The notes below the pieces were generated by a model. That model was not told the DNA's origin, did not search any database, and saw only the letters and a list, made by a program, of their open reading frames with translations. Position numbers and translations under genes: made by a program. From Candidatus Poribacteria bacterium (GTDB lineage: Bacteria; Poribacteria; WGA-4E; WGA-3G): DNA of 64,000 bases. Positions 48,401-58,941 of this stretch are shown piece after piece. Positions within the stretch are counted from its first letter, which is position 1, and the number at the start of each line of letters is the position of its first letter. The stretch lies in NCBI GenBank assembly GCA_965208635.1, contig OZ242349.1, positions 4,925,696 through 4,989,695 on the forward strand, given 5' to 3'.

Positions 48401-49258
48401 TTAAGGTGTACCGACGATTTGTTGGAGTCGCTGCAAGATTGCATCAGCGGCTCTGCGAGATTCCTGTAGGTTGAACTGTTCAGCGGCATGTCCAGCGCGG
48501 TAAGTATTCCCGCGGTAGTATCGCCAGAAAATGAGTCCTCCCCACAACGCCGCGTCTATGTAATGCCCATCTAATGCGGCATCTATGGTGAGAAAACCGA
48601 GTGCCCCGTTTAGTAGAAGCGCATTTAACCCATCGCCCCAATCACCAACATAGACTTGCCCTGCACCGGGGAAGATTGTTGACAATACCCTTGCAAGTCT
48701 GGCAGATTTCAGAGGCATATCAGTAGCCGCATCAAAAAGCATATCCAGTCTTTCATCAGTGGTATAGTTTCGCAGTGATTCGCGCGCTTCTTCCCACCGA
48801 AATTGATAAATATACGCAACCGCTTGCAAAAAAAGTGCGCGTCGGTACAGTTGTGCAGAAGGCACTCGCATCGTCACCTTAATTAACTCCAACCGAGCGA
48901 GGTCGTAGTCCTGCATAGCGATCAACGTCACGGTGAGTTCCAATTGGTATTCTGATTTCGTTTCGGCATCTGTAGCGAGATGTGTTGCAGCCCGAAAAGC
49001 GGTGACTGCCTCCGTCCACAACCCTTGTGCTCTATAGGCGAGTGCGATGTCGTAATATACCTCGCCAACACGTGTGTCCTCTGGATGAAAAAAGAGGAAG
49101 CGTTTATACTCGGTGATGGCGGCATCATAGCTGCCCTGTGCGGTGAGATGTCTGCCGAGAAATAAGGGAGGAACTTCTGCGATTGCCGTGAAAGCACTGA
49201 AAAATAAAGAAGCACTGATGAAGAAAAGAGAGATAGATTTGTTTAAAACTTTAGACAC
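48401..49258 (-). CDS. Secreted/membrane TPR protein with a C-terminal PGAGQ-Y-G membrane-associated (DUF5683-like) domain
   Basis: Signal peptide; TPR-like N-terminal half; C-terminal LSTIFPGAGQVYVGDWGDGLNALLLNGALGFL; paralog of 63357..>64000; GTG start. Confidence 0.5.
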   Translation of the reverse strand: MSKVLNKSISLFFISASLFFSAFTAIAEVPPLFLGRHLTAQGSYDAAITEYKRFLFFHPEDTRVGEVYYDIALAYRAQGLWTEAVTAFRAATHLATDAETKSEYQLELTVTLIAMQDYDLARLELIKVTMRVPSAQLYRRALFLQAVAYIYQFRWEEARESLRNYTTDERLDMLFDAATDMPLKSARLARVLSTIFPGAGQVYVGDWGDGLNALLLNGALGFLTIDAALDGHYIDAALWGGLIFWRYYRGNTYRAGHAAEQFNLQESRRAADAILQRLQQIVGTP

Positions 49259-49556
49259 TTGGAAGATAACTCCACAAGAACGGGATTAGAAAACTCATTA
49301 GCAAAAAGAATTAACCGACGCATCAAATGCCTCGGCACCGCCCTCTATCACTCTCGGACGTAAACATCATCAGGAGTCACAACGTTCACATTGCTGAAAC
49401 GCCGCTTTGTCCATAGTATACGCTATCACGATCGGTATGTCAATGCATATTCGCGAACTTTTTTCAGACTTACTTGTCCAAATTGAACAAACATGCCCAA
49501 GTGCCGGATGCCCCTTGCATAAACGGATTCCTCGACAAAGAAAGAGATTTACTATC

Positions 49557-50159
49557 ATGAAAACAGACACAATTAAACAATCAGAAACCTTTGTTCACAT
49601 GAGGATGAAAGCACTCTTTACCGCCCAAGAGAATAGCCCCGCAACCTTAAGAAAAATTAATCTTGCTCGCCTCACACCCTTTCAACGTGGACTGCTCGTT
49701 ACAGACGGAACGGTTACACGACTCATCGAAGCGTATACATTCTTGACGGTGGAGGTCGTCCTACTGCAACAAAGAAAACAAATATTAGACACTGAGCATA
49801 CCTGGCTCAAACTGCCCGCCGGAGAAGAAATTATCTCACGGCAGGTTATCCTTCAAACCCACTCGCAAGAAGAGCCATCTCCGACAATTCATACCTACGC
49901 AGACTCGTTAATTGTGCCGCAACGTCTGCCACAGTCACTTCTGAACGAGTTAGAATCCGACAAACAAGGATTGGGTGGACTTTTGCGGCACAGTGGTTTA
50001 GAGACTCGGCGTGAACTACTCTGGTGTGGTATGGAAACCTTAAGCGATCTACCACCTACCATTGAGGATCTTGAAGGTGAGACGTTTATCAGTCGTACCT
50101 ATCGAGTGTTCGCGAATCAGGAACCGCTCATGTTGATTAATGAGAAGTTCCCGCTCTAA
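49557..50159 (+). CDS. Chorismate-lyase-like / UTRA-fold protein (DUF98-like)
   Basis: ...TYRVFANQEPLMLINEKFP C-terminal block resembles the UbiC-like fold family. The ORF-track start at 49407 is a TTG; ATG at 49557. Confidence 0.35.
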   Translation: MKTDTIKQSETFVHMRMKALFTAQENSPATLRKINLARLTPFQRGLLVTDGTVTRLIEAYTFLTVEVVLLQQRKQILDTEHTWLKLPAGEEIISRQVILQTHSQEEPSPTIHTYADSLIVPQRLPQSLLNELESDKQGLGGLLRHSGLETRRELLWCGMETLSDLPPTIEDLEGETFISRTYRVFANQEPLMLINEKFPL

Positions 50160-50259
50160 TTTATTTTCGGAACAGTTCTTCAGGCATAGTGTTCATGCAC
50201 TGATACTAAAATCTGAAATAAAATAAAAACCGAAGGGAGCACATTTCAAAGAGGATGTC

Positions 50260-51486
50260 ATGTTACGCAAAATTTTAATTATACTCACCATAATGCTGAC
50301 ATCGAGTATAATTGCACTCACACTCAAAACCTTCGAGGCCCAAACCGTTGAAGCAGAAAAAATAGAAGGGATCGCTGAAATCTCTACAAAACCCTCAATT
50401 GTGGCTTTGGCAACCGTCACGAAAAGTTTTCGGGCATCGTTGAGCAGTGAACTCCTTGACGCAGCATCTTACCCACTCGGACACAAAGAATCTTACTCAT
50501 GGACGAATACCCCGCCAGGTATGGACGGCGATCGCGGCGGTATCCGTTTTGGCAGATTGTCCGCTGAACAATTGACACTTTTTTATCAAGTTCTGGACGC
50601 TTTCTTGAGTGATGACGGCTATACGAAAGTCTCTCTGATTACCAAAGAAGTTGAAACGCATCTCAGTAAAATCAGACCCGGCTTTTGGGACCCAAATCAT
50701 TACCATATTGCTCTGTTTGGTAACCCAGAGACAGACGGCTCGTGGGGTTTCCAGTTAGATGGTCATCATTTGGCACTCAACTTTCTGGTACATGGTGATG
50801 AAGTCTCTATTGTTCCCGCCTTCATCGGATCCGAACCGGCAACCATCAACGGCATTGAGGTGCTTGCGGATGAAAGAGGCAAAGCTTTCGCCTTAATGAA
50901 TAGTCTCAATACCACCCAAAAAGAGAAAGCAATTCAAACAGGTCGTCGTAGACTTCAAGTCGGTCCTGGTAGATCTGCAGATCCGTTTCTGAATTACGAT
51001 TACTCCGATTTTGTGGGGGTCGGTTTAAAAGCCTCGGAAATGAAAGAGGTCCAGAAAGCGCACCTTCGGAACCTCATCAAAACTTACGTCTATAATCTCG
51101 AAACCGAGTTTGCCGACATCTGGATGGCAGATATCGACACAGGACTTGATGACACCTATTTCGTCTGGATTGGTGGCACGACCACGGATGATCCAATCTA
51201 CTATCGCGTTTTCAATCCCGCCGTTTGGATCGAATTCAACAACGAAGGCGGTGTCGGTGGTGGACGTAGGCACCGTGGAAGGGGAACCCACGGGGGTTAT
51301 CTGGATCACATTCACTCTATTACCCGATCACCAAACGGAAAAGACTACGGCATTTTCGCCTTGAATCACGGTCCCAAGACGCTCTTGGAACACTACGCTC
51401 TTGAAGACCATCACGGAACCATCGACACGTTATTTGATTATAGCATTGCAGATCCGCACGAGAGAAAAAATAGGGAGGCACCGTAA
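50260..51486 (+). CDS. Secreted hypothetical protein (possibly DUF3500-like), Gly/Arg/His-rich near the C-terminus
   Basis: Signal peptide; DGHHLALNF block; GGGRRHRGRGTHGG low-complexity segment; no confident family. Confidence 0.35.
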   Translation: MLRKILIILTIMLTSSIIALTLKTFEAQTVEAEKIEGIAEISTKPSIVALATVTKSFRASLSSELLDAASYPLGHKESYSWTNTPPGMDGDRGGIRFGRLSAEQLTLFYQVLDAFLSDDGYTKVSLITKEVETHLSKIRPGFWDPNHYHIALFGNPETDGSWGFQLDGHHLALNFLVHGDEVSIVPAFIGSEPATINGIEVLADERGKAFALMNSLNTTQKEKAIQTGRRRLQVGPGRSADPFLNYDYSDFVGVGLKASEMKEVQKAHLRNLIKTYVYNLETEFADIWMADIDTGLDDTYFVWIGGTTTDDPIYYRVFNPAVWIEFNNEGGVGGGRRHRGRGTHGGYLDHIHSITRSPNGKDYGIFALNHGPKTLLEHYALEDHHGTIDTLFDYSIADPHERKNREAP

Positions 51487-52052
51487 TGTTGGATCAAGTT
51501 TTAGAAGAAGTCGAAGAACAGTGTCGGGAAGAACGAGTCCCGATGCTGGGACCTGACAAAGCACAATTGCTCGCGAGTTGCATTGAAGAAGCAAAACCGT
51601 CCCTGATCGTAGAGTGTGGGACTGCTATCGGTTATTCCGGTCTGTGGATATTACGCGTGTTGAGAAATTTAGGGACAGGTCGCTTAATAACGGTAGAAAT
51701 AGAGGACGCTAACGCACAGCGAGCACGTGCGAATTTTGAAGCGGCAGGTGTCGCAGAACTTGTGGACTCACGCATCGGCGATGCCTCAGAAGTCCTCAAA
51801 ACCATCCAAGACCCCGTCGATTTCCTGTTCCTTGACAATAACAAAGACGGATATTTCGCCTGTTTCCAAGCAATTGAATCTCAACTAACCAATCCAGCAA
51901 CGCTTGTCGCTGATAACGTCGGTAGACCAGAGCCGATGGCAGCCTATCTGGAGCATGTTCGTTCTCATTACGATTCCGAAACACATTGGTTCGAGAGTCG
52001 ACGGCGACCCGGCAGACGTGATGGGATGGAGGTAAGCATCTATCGTCACTAA
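51486..52052 (+). CDS. Class I SAM-dependent O-methyltransferase (caffeoyl-CoA OMT-like), start overlapping the previous stop (TAATG)
   Basis: VECGTAIGYSGLWIL motif I; DFLFLDNNKDGY typical of OMT family 3. Confidence 0.6.
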   Translation: MLDQVLEEVEEQCREERVPMLGPDKAQLLASCIEEAKPSLIVECGTAIGYSGLWILRVLRNLGTGRLITVEIEDANAQRARANFEAAGVAELVDSRIGDASEVLKTIQDPVDFLFLDNNKDGYFACFQAIESQLTNPATLVADNVGRPEPMAAYLEHVRSHYDSETHWFESRRRPGRRDGMEVSIYRH

Positions 52053-52284
52053 TGTAAAAGGTAGAAACTAATGGGCGGGGAAACCCCCTGCTGACTCTCA
52101 CTGCGAGGCAACACGCGCAAATGTAATACATTGTCCCGCAAGTCCACATGTTGTCCTCGGATGCCACACGCGCATCCGTTCTGGCGCGACGGATTTAGTC
52201 TCTCCCCAGACGAAATCCAGCGTTGATTCGCAAAACACCTCGCCTTTTATACAGCACTTGCTAAAAAGGAGGCACCAACCTGTA

Positions 52285-54540
52285 ATGAGACATACCACTA
52301 TTGACTTTCAGTTGAGCCGACACATACGAAACACCAAATTTTTCCTCCTATTGTGGATGTGCGTCCTATTCGTTCCTCACGGTGCCGATGCGCAAACCGA
52401 ACGAGAGTTACCGCGTATGTCAGCGCACCGGACTTCTGATGAAATCAAAGTCGATGGAGTGTTTGATGAACCCGTTTGGCAAAGCGTAGAACCGATCCGT
52501 CAGTTATATCAGATCCAACCCGATCAAGGCGAACCAGCGACTGAACAGTCCGAAGTACGCATTCTTTACGATGACAAAAAATTGTACTTCGGTTTCATTT
52601 TTTTTGATGAGATGGACAAGATCGTCGCGAACGACATGCGTCGAGACTCTCCAGGCTTGCGCTCCAACGATTACGGCTTTTTGCTATTAGACACCTACAA
52701 CGACCGCCGAAACGCCGTTTTTTTTCGATTTACTCCAGTGGGTGGGATGGAAGACACAGCGGTATCCAACAGTGGTGGAAGCCTCAACACAAGTTGGGAT
52801 ATTGTCTGGGAGTGCCGCTGTCGAATTAACGAAGACCATTGGACAGCAGAAATCGCGATCCCGTTCAGCCAACTCCGATTTGAACGAAGTGATGTGATGA
52901 ACTGGGGGTTAAACTTCGGTCGCGAAATCGCACGAAAGCAGGAAATTGACGCATGGAATGAAGCACCCAAGACGTATGGCGGATTGGCAAAGTACCGTAC
53001 CGCATACTTCGGAACGCTTGAAGGGTTAGAGGGGATTACGCCATCAAGGCATCTGGAATTGCTGCCTTATGTCCTGCCCGGTGCGAGTTACGATTCACCA
53101 ACGGAGGAAACCGATGGCGTATTTGAAGCTGGCATGGATTTCAAATACGGCGTAACCCCGAACCTCACTGCCGACCTGACCGTTAACACCGATTTCGCCC
53201 AAGTGGAGGCAGACCAAGAGCAGGTGAACCTCACGCGATTTAGTCTCTTTTTCCCAGAACAGCGTCCATTTTTCTTGGAGGGTGCCAGCATCTTCGATGT
53301 CGGGATTCCACGTCCGAGCTTCCGTAGACCACCCCCTTTACTGCTCTTTTATAGCCGTCGCATCGGGCTTGCAGAGGGGCGCGCTATTCCGATTCTCGGT
53401 GGCGGCAAAATGACTGGAAAAATCGGACCCTACGGTATAGGGGTTCTGAACGTCCTGACAAACAAATTTGAAGATGACGAGATCGGAGTTCCTGAGGAGG
53501 ACCTATTCAGTGAACCGCGCACAAATTACTCAGTGGTGCGGGTGAATCGAGACATTTTTGAGGGTTCAACCATTGGAGGAATCTTTATCAATAAACAAGA
53601 CACTGATGCGTATAATCGCACAGCAGCACTTGACTTTTCTTACCGTCCGACGCGAGAGATTAATATTCAGGGGTTGTGGTCCGGCACTTTTGAAGCCGAT
53701 ATTACCGGAAATAGCAACGCCTTCTTTATTGGTGGCGATTGGCGGACGAACCTATTTCGACTCGATGCCTCATATACAGACATTGGGGAGGACTTCAATC
53801 CCGAAGTCGGGTTCGTTCAACGTCTGAATCCAGATAACCCTATCAATTTCCGTCGCATTCGGGGTGATGCCAGCTACACGCCGTGGCCCGACAAATTTGG
53901 TATCCGTGAGATTCAAATTGGACCGGAAATCGATTTTATTCTGACCCATGAGAATGAATTAGCAGCCGGAGAGATAACCTTTGACACGCAATTTGAGTTT
54001 GATACAGGTGATGACATCGGGTTCGAAGTCAAGAACACCACCGAAAATCTTGATAACCCTTTTGGGATTCAAGGGGTTGACATTCCGGTTGACGATTACA
54101 ATTTTACATCGTTTCAGGTATCGGCTCGGACCAGCAGTGCGCGGATGATTTCCGCACGAACACAAATAGAGTTTGGTGAGTTTTATCACGGCACGAGACG
54201 TGGATTCTCAATAGATGCAAACGCCAGACCAACCGCAAGGCTTAGCATAGAACCCTTTATCGAATTTAACCGAATTGTCTTACCTGACGAAGAATTCGAT
54301 GCCAATGCCTTCGGGGGACGTGTCGGCTATTCCTTCTCAACAATACTCTTCGCGAAGTTGTTCTCACAATGGAGTACTGATAGAGATGTCCTCTCCGCCA
54401 ACTTTCTTATTAACTATATCTACCGCCCGGGCAGTGATATCTACCTGGTCTTCGACCAGAGTTACGACACCCGTGATGGCGGTTTCAAACTTCTCGGTTG
54501 GACGGTTGTCGGGAAGATGACCTACTGGTGGAACCGTTAA
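52285..54540 (+). CDS. Secreted CBM9-like domain protein with a DUF5916-type beta-barrel C-terminal region
   Basis: IKVDGVFDEPVWQSVEPI...YDDKKLYFGF is the CBM9-like start; ATG at 52285, 11 nt after AAAGGAGG (the ORF-track TTG at 52258 is rejected). Confidence 0.5.
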   Translation: MRHTTIDFQLSRHIRNTKFFLLLWMCVLFVPHGADAQTERELPRMSAHRTSDEIKVDGVFDEPVWQSVEPIRQLYQIQPDQGEPATEQSEVRILYDDKKLYFGFIFFDEMDKIVANDMRRDSPGLRSNDYGFLLLDTYNDRRNAVFFRFTPVGGMEDTAVSNSGGSLNTSWDIVWECRCRINEDHWTAEIAIPFSQLRFERSDVMNWGLNFGREIARKQEIDAWNEAPKTYGGLAKYRTAYFGTLEGLEGITPSRHLELLPYVLPGASYDSPTEETDGVFEAGMDFKYGVTPNLTADLTVNTDFAQVEADQEQVNLTRFSLFFPEQRPFFLEGASIFDVGIPRPSFRRPPPLLLFYSRRIGLAEGRAIPILGGGKMTGKIGPYGIGVLNVLTNKFEDDEIGVPEEDLFSEPRTNYSVVRVNRDIFEGSTIGGIFINKQDTDAYNRTAALDFSYRPTREINIQGLWSGTFEADITGNSNAFFIGGDWRTNLFRLDASYTDIGEDFNPEVGFVQRLNPDNPINFRRIRGDASYTPWPDKFGIREIQIGPEIDFILTHENELAAGEITFDTQFEFDTGDDIGFEVKNTTENLDNPFGIQGVDIPVDDYNFTSFQVSARTSSARMISARTQIEFGEFYHGTRRGFSIDANARPTARLSIEPFIEFNRIVLPDEEFDANAFGGRVGYSFSTILFAKLFSQWSTDRDVLSANFLINYIYRPGSDIYLVFDQSYDTRDGGFKLLGWTVVGKMTYWWNR

Positions 54541-54571
54541 TACTTTTCAAACTGAATATGGAGATCTTTTA

Positions 54572-55612
54572 ATGCCAAGAAAATTTACAATAAAATCAAA
54601 CAACCCTTTGTTTTTTAATTGGGGGTGGTTATTCGCCATCTCACTCGCTTTCCATTTGAGCCATAACGCTACAGCTGAAAACTGGATCCAAAAAACAAAC
54701 ATGCCAATTCCCAGACTTTTTTTCTCCGTATCCGCTATTAACAACCAACTTTACACTATCGGTGGGATGCTCGCTGAACCCGTTGACTTTGTTGATGCTT
54801 ATGACCCAGATGAGGATAAATGGGTTCAGAAAGCGAGTCTGCCAGCGGCACGCGCTGGTGTTGTAACCTGCGTCGCCGATGGGAAGATCTACGCTATCGG
54901 CGGGTGGAGCGGACAAGCTCCAGCCCTCGGAACCGTAGAAGAATATGATCCCGTAACTGATACATGGACCCAAAAAGCAGATATGCCGACATCCCGTTCC
55001 TTTTTTACAGCGACCGCTGTAGCTGGAAAAATTTACGCCATTGGTGGTGTCGCACAAAATGTTGGCCCCATATTACCGACGGTAGAAGAATATGATCCCG
55101 TAACTGATACATGGACCCAAAAAGCAGATATGCCGACACCGGTTTCAGGAATGGCTGCCGCGAGCATTGATGGGAAAATATATCTTATTGGTGGGACACC
55201 TGCGGTGCAAGGCCCCGCACTCGAAACAGTTCAAGAATATGACCCAGCCACTGATACATGGACCCAAAAAGCAGATATGCCAACCTCTCGAACAGCTTTG
55301 GCAGTGGGCGTTGTGACGGGAAGAATTTACGCCATTGGCGGGACCGCCAGTGTGCAAGGTCCTGGGCTAACGAACGTTGAAATATACGATCCCGATAGCG
55401 ACACATGGACAGAAGCCGTCGAAATGCTAACGGGGAGAGTGTTCTTAGGAGTTGACACTATTGCGAATAAAATCTATGCTGTTGGGGGTGTTGCAGAAGG
55501 ATTGGGGCCAGCGATTCTTCCAACTGTTGAGCAATTCGCTCCGAGCGGTCTCAGCGTAGCAGGACTGGATAGATTTCTTACAATCTGGGGTGAAATTAAG
55601 AAAACGAATTAG
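54572..55612 (+). CDS. Secreted Kelch-repeat beta-propeller protein (6 blades)
   Basis: Six repeats of ...YAIGG...YDP.TDTWT.KADMPT.R...; signal peptide. Confidence 0.7.
   Translation: MPRKFTIKSNNPLFFNWGWLFAISLAFHLSHNATAENWIQKTNMPIPRLFFSVSAINNQLYTIGGMLAEPVDFVDAYDPDEDKWVQKASLPAARAGVVTCVADGKIYAIGGWSGQAPALGTVEEYDPVTDTWTQKADMPTSRSFFTATAVAGKIYAIGGVAQNVGPILPTVEEYDPVTDTWTQKADMPTPVSGMAAASIDGKIYLIGGTPAVQGPALETVQEYDPATDTWTQKADMPTSRTALAVGVVTGRIYAIGGTASVQGPGLTNVEIYDPDSDTWTEAVEMLTGRVFLGVDTIANKIYAVGGVAEGLGPAILPTVEQFAPSGLSVAGLDRFLTIWGEIKKTN
54935..54991 (+). repeat. 57-bp intragenic perfect DNA repeat inside the Kelch gene (second copy at 55082-55138, a third diverged copy near 55232-55290)
   Basis: Identical string GTAGAAGAATATGATCCCGTAACTGATACATGGACCCAAAAAGCAGATATGCCGACA at both places. 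Confidence 0.7.
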
Positions 55613-55717
55613 CATTACTATGCACACTTAGCATCAAGGACAAGGTTCCGAAACTCAATGTCCAGATTATCGAATTGTGCACATAATAGGCGCGGTTGGA
55701 AGACCGCGCCTTTGAGG

Positions 55718-57868
55718 TTAATATCCCCACGGCCTCGCCTGCTTGACTGCAAGCTTGCCCTCACTTGTAATTTTGAACTCAATTTCCATAGCAAAATCCG
55801 CCGTTTGCGCAGCAGGACCGTACAACTGACCGAACTTGTTGTGTATTGCCGCAAGATAACGACTCAATTCGCGTAAGTACGCATCCTTTAGAATTCGCGC
55901 GCCATCTGCCGTCCGATTGGATGTTGTTATGACCCTATAATTATTGCTATCCCACCAATCCAACAAAATCTCCTCTGGAACAGACCGTTCATCGGGATTC
56001 GTCACGAGGTCCTCGCCGACTTGGGTGTTGAGGTAATAATTTCCCGTCGTTTGATAAACGACGTCATCAGTTACAGCAACCCCATTCGCCAATTCGCTTG
56101 CAAAATTGGGATGGACAAGTACCCCCATAGCCGTAGCGAAGTGATCAATGCGATAGAATTCGCGTGCTTCAAACGCACGGAAATTCCAAAGGCTTGCAAA
56201 CACTTGTTTAATCGATTTGGATAGGTGTCCTTCGTCTGGATGATGTGTGTACGAATCATATAAGCCTGCTCCACTGAAGCCCGGTAAATCCTCATTGTTC
56301 GTGCTCGAACGGCATCGGAGAGATGTGCCCTCTGGAAATGCGTTGTGTAATTCCGAAAGTGCGTTCATCATCCATGTCGGCACCTCCCCTTTCTTGATGC
56401 GCTCTCTGAACCTTTTCAGCTCAGCCTCCCTCCTGTCATAACTATCCTGAAATTCGGAATCTTTGAGCAGCACTTCTACCTCCTCATAGAACCCGTTGTG
56501 TTTCATAAATGCATCGTAAAAGTAGAACGGCACACCAAAACCGTTGGGCACTGTACCTTCGGGAAATCCTAACGTGCGCAGTGTTGCTATGTTAGCCGTT
56601 TTCACACCGAAACGTGCAGCGTCTGAAAAACTGATACCATCAAGGGGCAGCCCCTTCGTAACAGAGAGATCTCGCGCAGGTTTCTGTGCCTTCGATGGAC
56701 GCAAATCGCTGAAGTGTGTCTCTACTTCCTTAAATGTTGCCTCCCGAATCTCGAAACCATCGGCGTTCACCTCGTAGTAGACATATCTACCGATGAGTGG
56801 TGCAATTTCCTTGTTTTCCCACGCGTTAGCGATGAAAGCGTTAGGGACCTTGTCTTGAATCGCACGGAGGTTAACGTGTGAAAGGGGCGTTTGGCGCGCA
56901 CCGGTTATAACCCCAGCGACTCGTGACATCTCGTTCGGTAGGGTCTTGCAGATGACAATGTCACGTGGTGAAGGACGTTCACCCATCTCCAATATACGCA
57001 GCCGACCGAACGACGCGGCTTGATTCAGCGGAAGGTAGCCGATATTCGCATAGAGATCGTCCTCAAAATAGACGGGGAATTCCGCTCCGTCATAAAGGGC
57101 TTTTTCGTGAAAATAAATATCGATCGCCCCCCATAATGGACAGTAACCGAGCCGATTTTTCAGTATCGGCATCTTCGCCACAAGCAGATCGTGTGCAAGC
57201 TTAATTTCTTCAAAAGGGAATGCATCATTTGGATTAAACTCAAAGGTATAAACACCGGGCTTGCCATTCGGTGCTGTGGAGAGTGGACGGTAACTCAGCA
57301 CACCCCGCATCTGCCCTTGACCTCGTCTCAAACCAGCAGCACTCATGAAACTACCATGGGAGCGATGGGTCTCTGTATTCATGAAGTAAAGTTGTGGATT
57401 TTGTGTATGCGTCCTCTCAATCTGAAATTTTACAAATTCTATTCCCGTAAGTTGGGTATCAATACGTACATCTGTTCCCTGATACGATAACTTTTCAAAG
57501 GTCTCTCGATCTGGAACTGTAGCTGCGCCATCCTTGAAGGTGACCTGCTCCGGGTTTAGGCGCGGTCCTGACGGCTCTCTGGAACCGCGTCGTCCACCGA
57601 ATCCACCCCTTCGGCGGGATCTATTTCCCTGTCCACTTTGCATTTCACGGATCTGTTGCGCACTGAACTTGTTACCTCTGGCGGCTTCGAGTCTCATCAC
57701 CCTAAACATAAGTTGCTTTTCGGATTCACTGAGTTCATCATTCTGATCAAAATCGAACCGCTTCTCGTCTTCTGAGAGTTTATCTTGCGTCCAAGTATTC
57801 AGGACAATTGCCAGTGTAAATACTAAGGCACAGAGAAAAAAGGTTATGATAACATGTTTCCGTTTCAT
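55718..57868 (-). CDS. Signal-anchored protein with a C-terminal PEP/pyruvate-binding ATP-grasp domain (PPDK_N-like) and an N-terminal unknown domain containing an RGG-rich tract
   Basis: RFGVKTANIATL and SLRCRSSTNNEDLPGFSGAGLYDS match the GGKGANL and VRSSATAEDLP..SFAGQ motifs of the PEP-synthase/PPDK nucleotide-binding domain. N-terminal hydrophobic segment; GAGGAGA RBS. No phosphohistidine swivel domain. Confidence 0.55.
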   Translation of the reverse strand: MKRKHVIITFFLCALVFTLAIVLNTWTQDKLSEDEKRFDFDQNDELSESEKQLMFRVMRLEAARGNKFSAQQIREMQSGQGNRSRRRGGFGGRRGSREPSGPRLNPEQVTFKDGAATVPDRETFEKLSYQGTDVRIDTQLTGIEFVKFQIERTHTQNPQLYFMNTETHRSHGSFMSAAGLRRGQGQMRGVLSYRPLSTAPNGKPGVYTFEFNPNDAFPFEEIKLAHDLLVAKMPILKNRLGYCPLWGAIDIYFHEKALYDGAEFPVYFEDDLYANIGYLPLNQAASFGRLRILEMGERPSPRDIVICKTLPNEMSRVAGVITGARQTPLSHVNLRAIQDKVPNAFIANAWENKEIAPLIGRYVYYEVNADGFEIREATFKEVETHFSDLRPSKAQKPARDLSVTKGLPLDGISFSDAARFGVKTANIATLRTLGFPEGTVPNGFGVPFYFYDAFMKHNGFYEEVEVLLKDSEFQDSYDRREAELKRFRERIKKGEVPTWMMNALSELHNAFPEGTSLRCRSSTNNEDLPGFSGAGLYDSYTHHPDEGHLSKSIKQVFASLWNFRAFEAREFYRIDHFATAMGVLVHPNFASELANGVAVTDDVVYQTTGNYYLNTQVGEDLVTNPDERSVPEEILLDWWDSNNYRVITTSNRTADGARILKDAYLRELSRYLAAIHNKFGQLYGPAAQTADFAMEIEFKITSEGKLAVKQARPWGY

Positions 57869-58036
57869 CTGTCTCCTCTCTAAACGTTGGAAATTTCTGT
57901 GGGGTGCATACGTTCTTTACTTAGATTAGGCAAATAAGGTCTGAATTTGTTCAAAAAATACCTACTTTTCTATTTACCGTCTTTGCCAAACGTGTTATGA
58001 TTCAGACAAGGTTTCGTTTGCCACCGGAGGTCAATT

Positions 58037-58861
58037 ATGTCTTTCAACATGCTAATGCTTAGGTGTATGATCGCCGCACCACCAAAGCCAATGGCGCAGG
58101 AATCGGTCGCGGATCCAATCTTACTCGCCCATCGCGGTTTGGTGCAGCACGCGCCCGAGAACACTTTGCCCGCTTTTGCCGCGGCTATCGAACTGGGATT
58201 ATCGATAGAGTTAGATGTCTATCAAACACACGACGAACACTTGGTGGTCATTCACGACAAAACTGTGGAACGCACGACCAACGGCACCGGTGAAGTGATC
58301 AAAATGACGTTGGCGGAAATCCGTAAACTGGATGCCGGAAGTTGGTTCGATACCCGTTTCAGTGGTGAGAAGGTGCCGACATTGGAAGAAGTATTTAAAC
58401 TCATTCGCGAGCGTCAACGAACCCCAGTGACTATCGCACTTAACATGAAAGTCATCTCGCCCGGGATTGAGAAGAACATCGTGCGACTCGTCGAAAAATA
58501 CGAACTGTTTGATCAACTTTGTGCCTTCGGTCAACCCAGCGATTCGAGTCATCGCTTTAAACAAGCCAATCCGAAGTTGCAAACCACGGTTTATCTAAAT
58601 AGTAGTGAAGCCGAGCAGTTCACTGCAGCTCTGCATGATCCGCTGGCAGACTGCCTTTGGGTGCACTTCATTCCGACTGCGGAAGGGATGGAGCAGGCGC
58701 ATAAGCTTGGTAAGCAGGTCTGGCTCGGCTTACACATCGGCGAGCAGCAACCTGACACTTGGGACAAAGCCCGCGCCATCAAAATGGACGCTATCTGTAC
58801 CGATTGGCCGCTGGAGTGCGGTCAACATTGGCGGCTTGTTGCGAACCCCTCCGCTCTCTGA
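58037..58861 (+). CDS. Glycerophosphodiester phosphodiesterase (GDPD) family
   Basis: HRGLVQHAPENTLPAFAAAIELGLSIELDVYQTHDEHLVVIHD matches the GDPD His-Arg-Glu-Asp core; GGAGG RBS. Confidence 0.7.
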   Translation: MSFNMLMLRCMIAAPPKPMAQESVADPILLAHRGLVQHAPENTLPAFAAAIELGLSIELDVYQTHDEHLVVIHDKTVERTTNGTGEVIKMTLAEIRKLDAGSWFDTRFSGEKVPTLEEVFKLIRERQRTPVTIALNMKVISPGIEKNIVRLVEKYELFDQLCAFGQPSDSSHRFKQANPKLQTTVYLNSSEAEQFTAALHDPLADCLWVHFIPTAEGMEQAHKLGKQVWLGLHIGEQQPDTWDKARAIKMDAICTDWPLECGQHWRLVANPSAL

Positions 58862-58941
58862 CGTTTCGTTTAACACCAACAGATGTCCTCTATGCATTCA
58901 GCGTTAATCCACAACATACCCAAGCGAATATCTTTAGCAGT

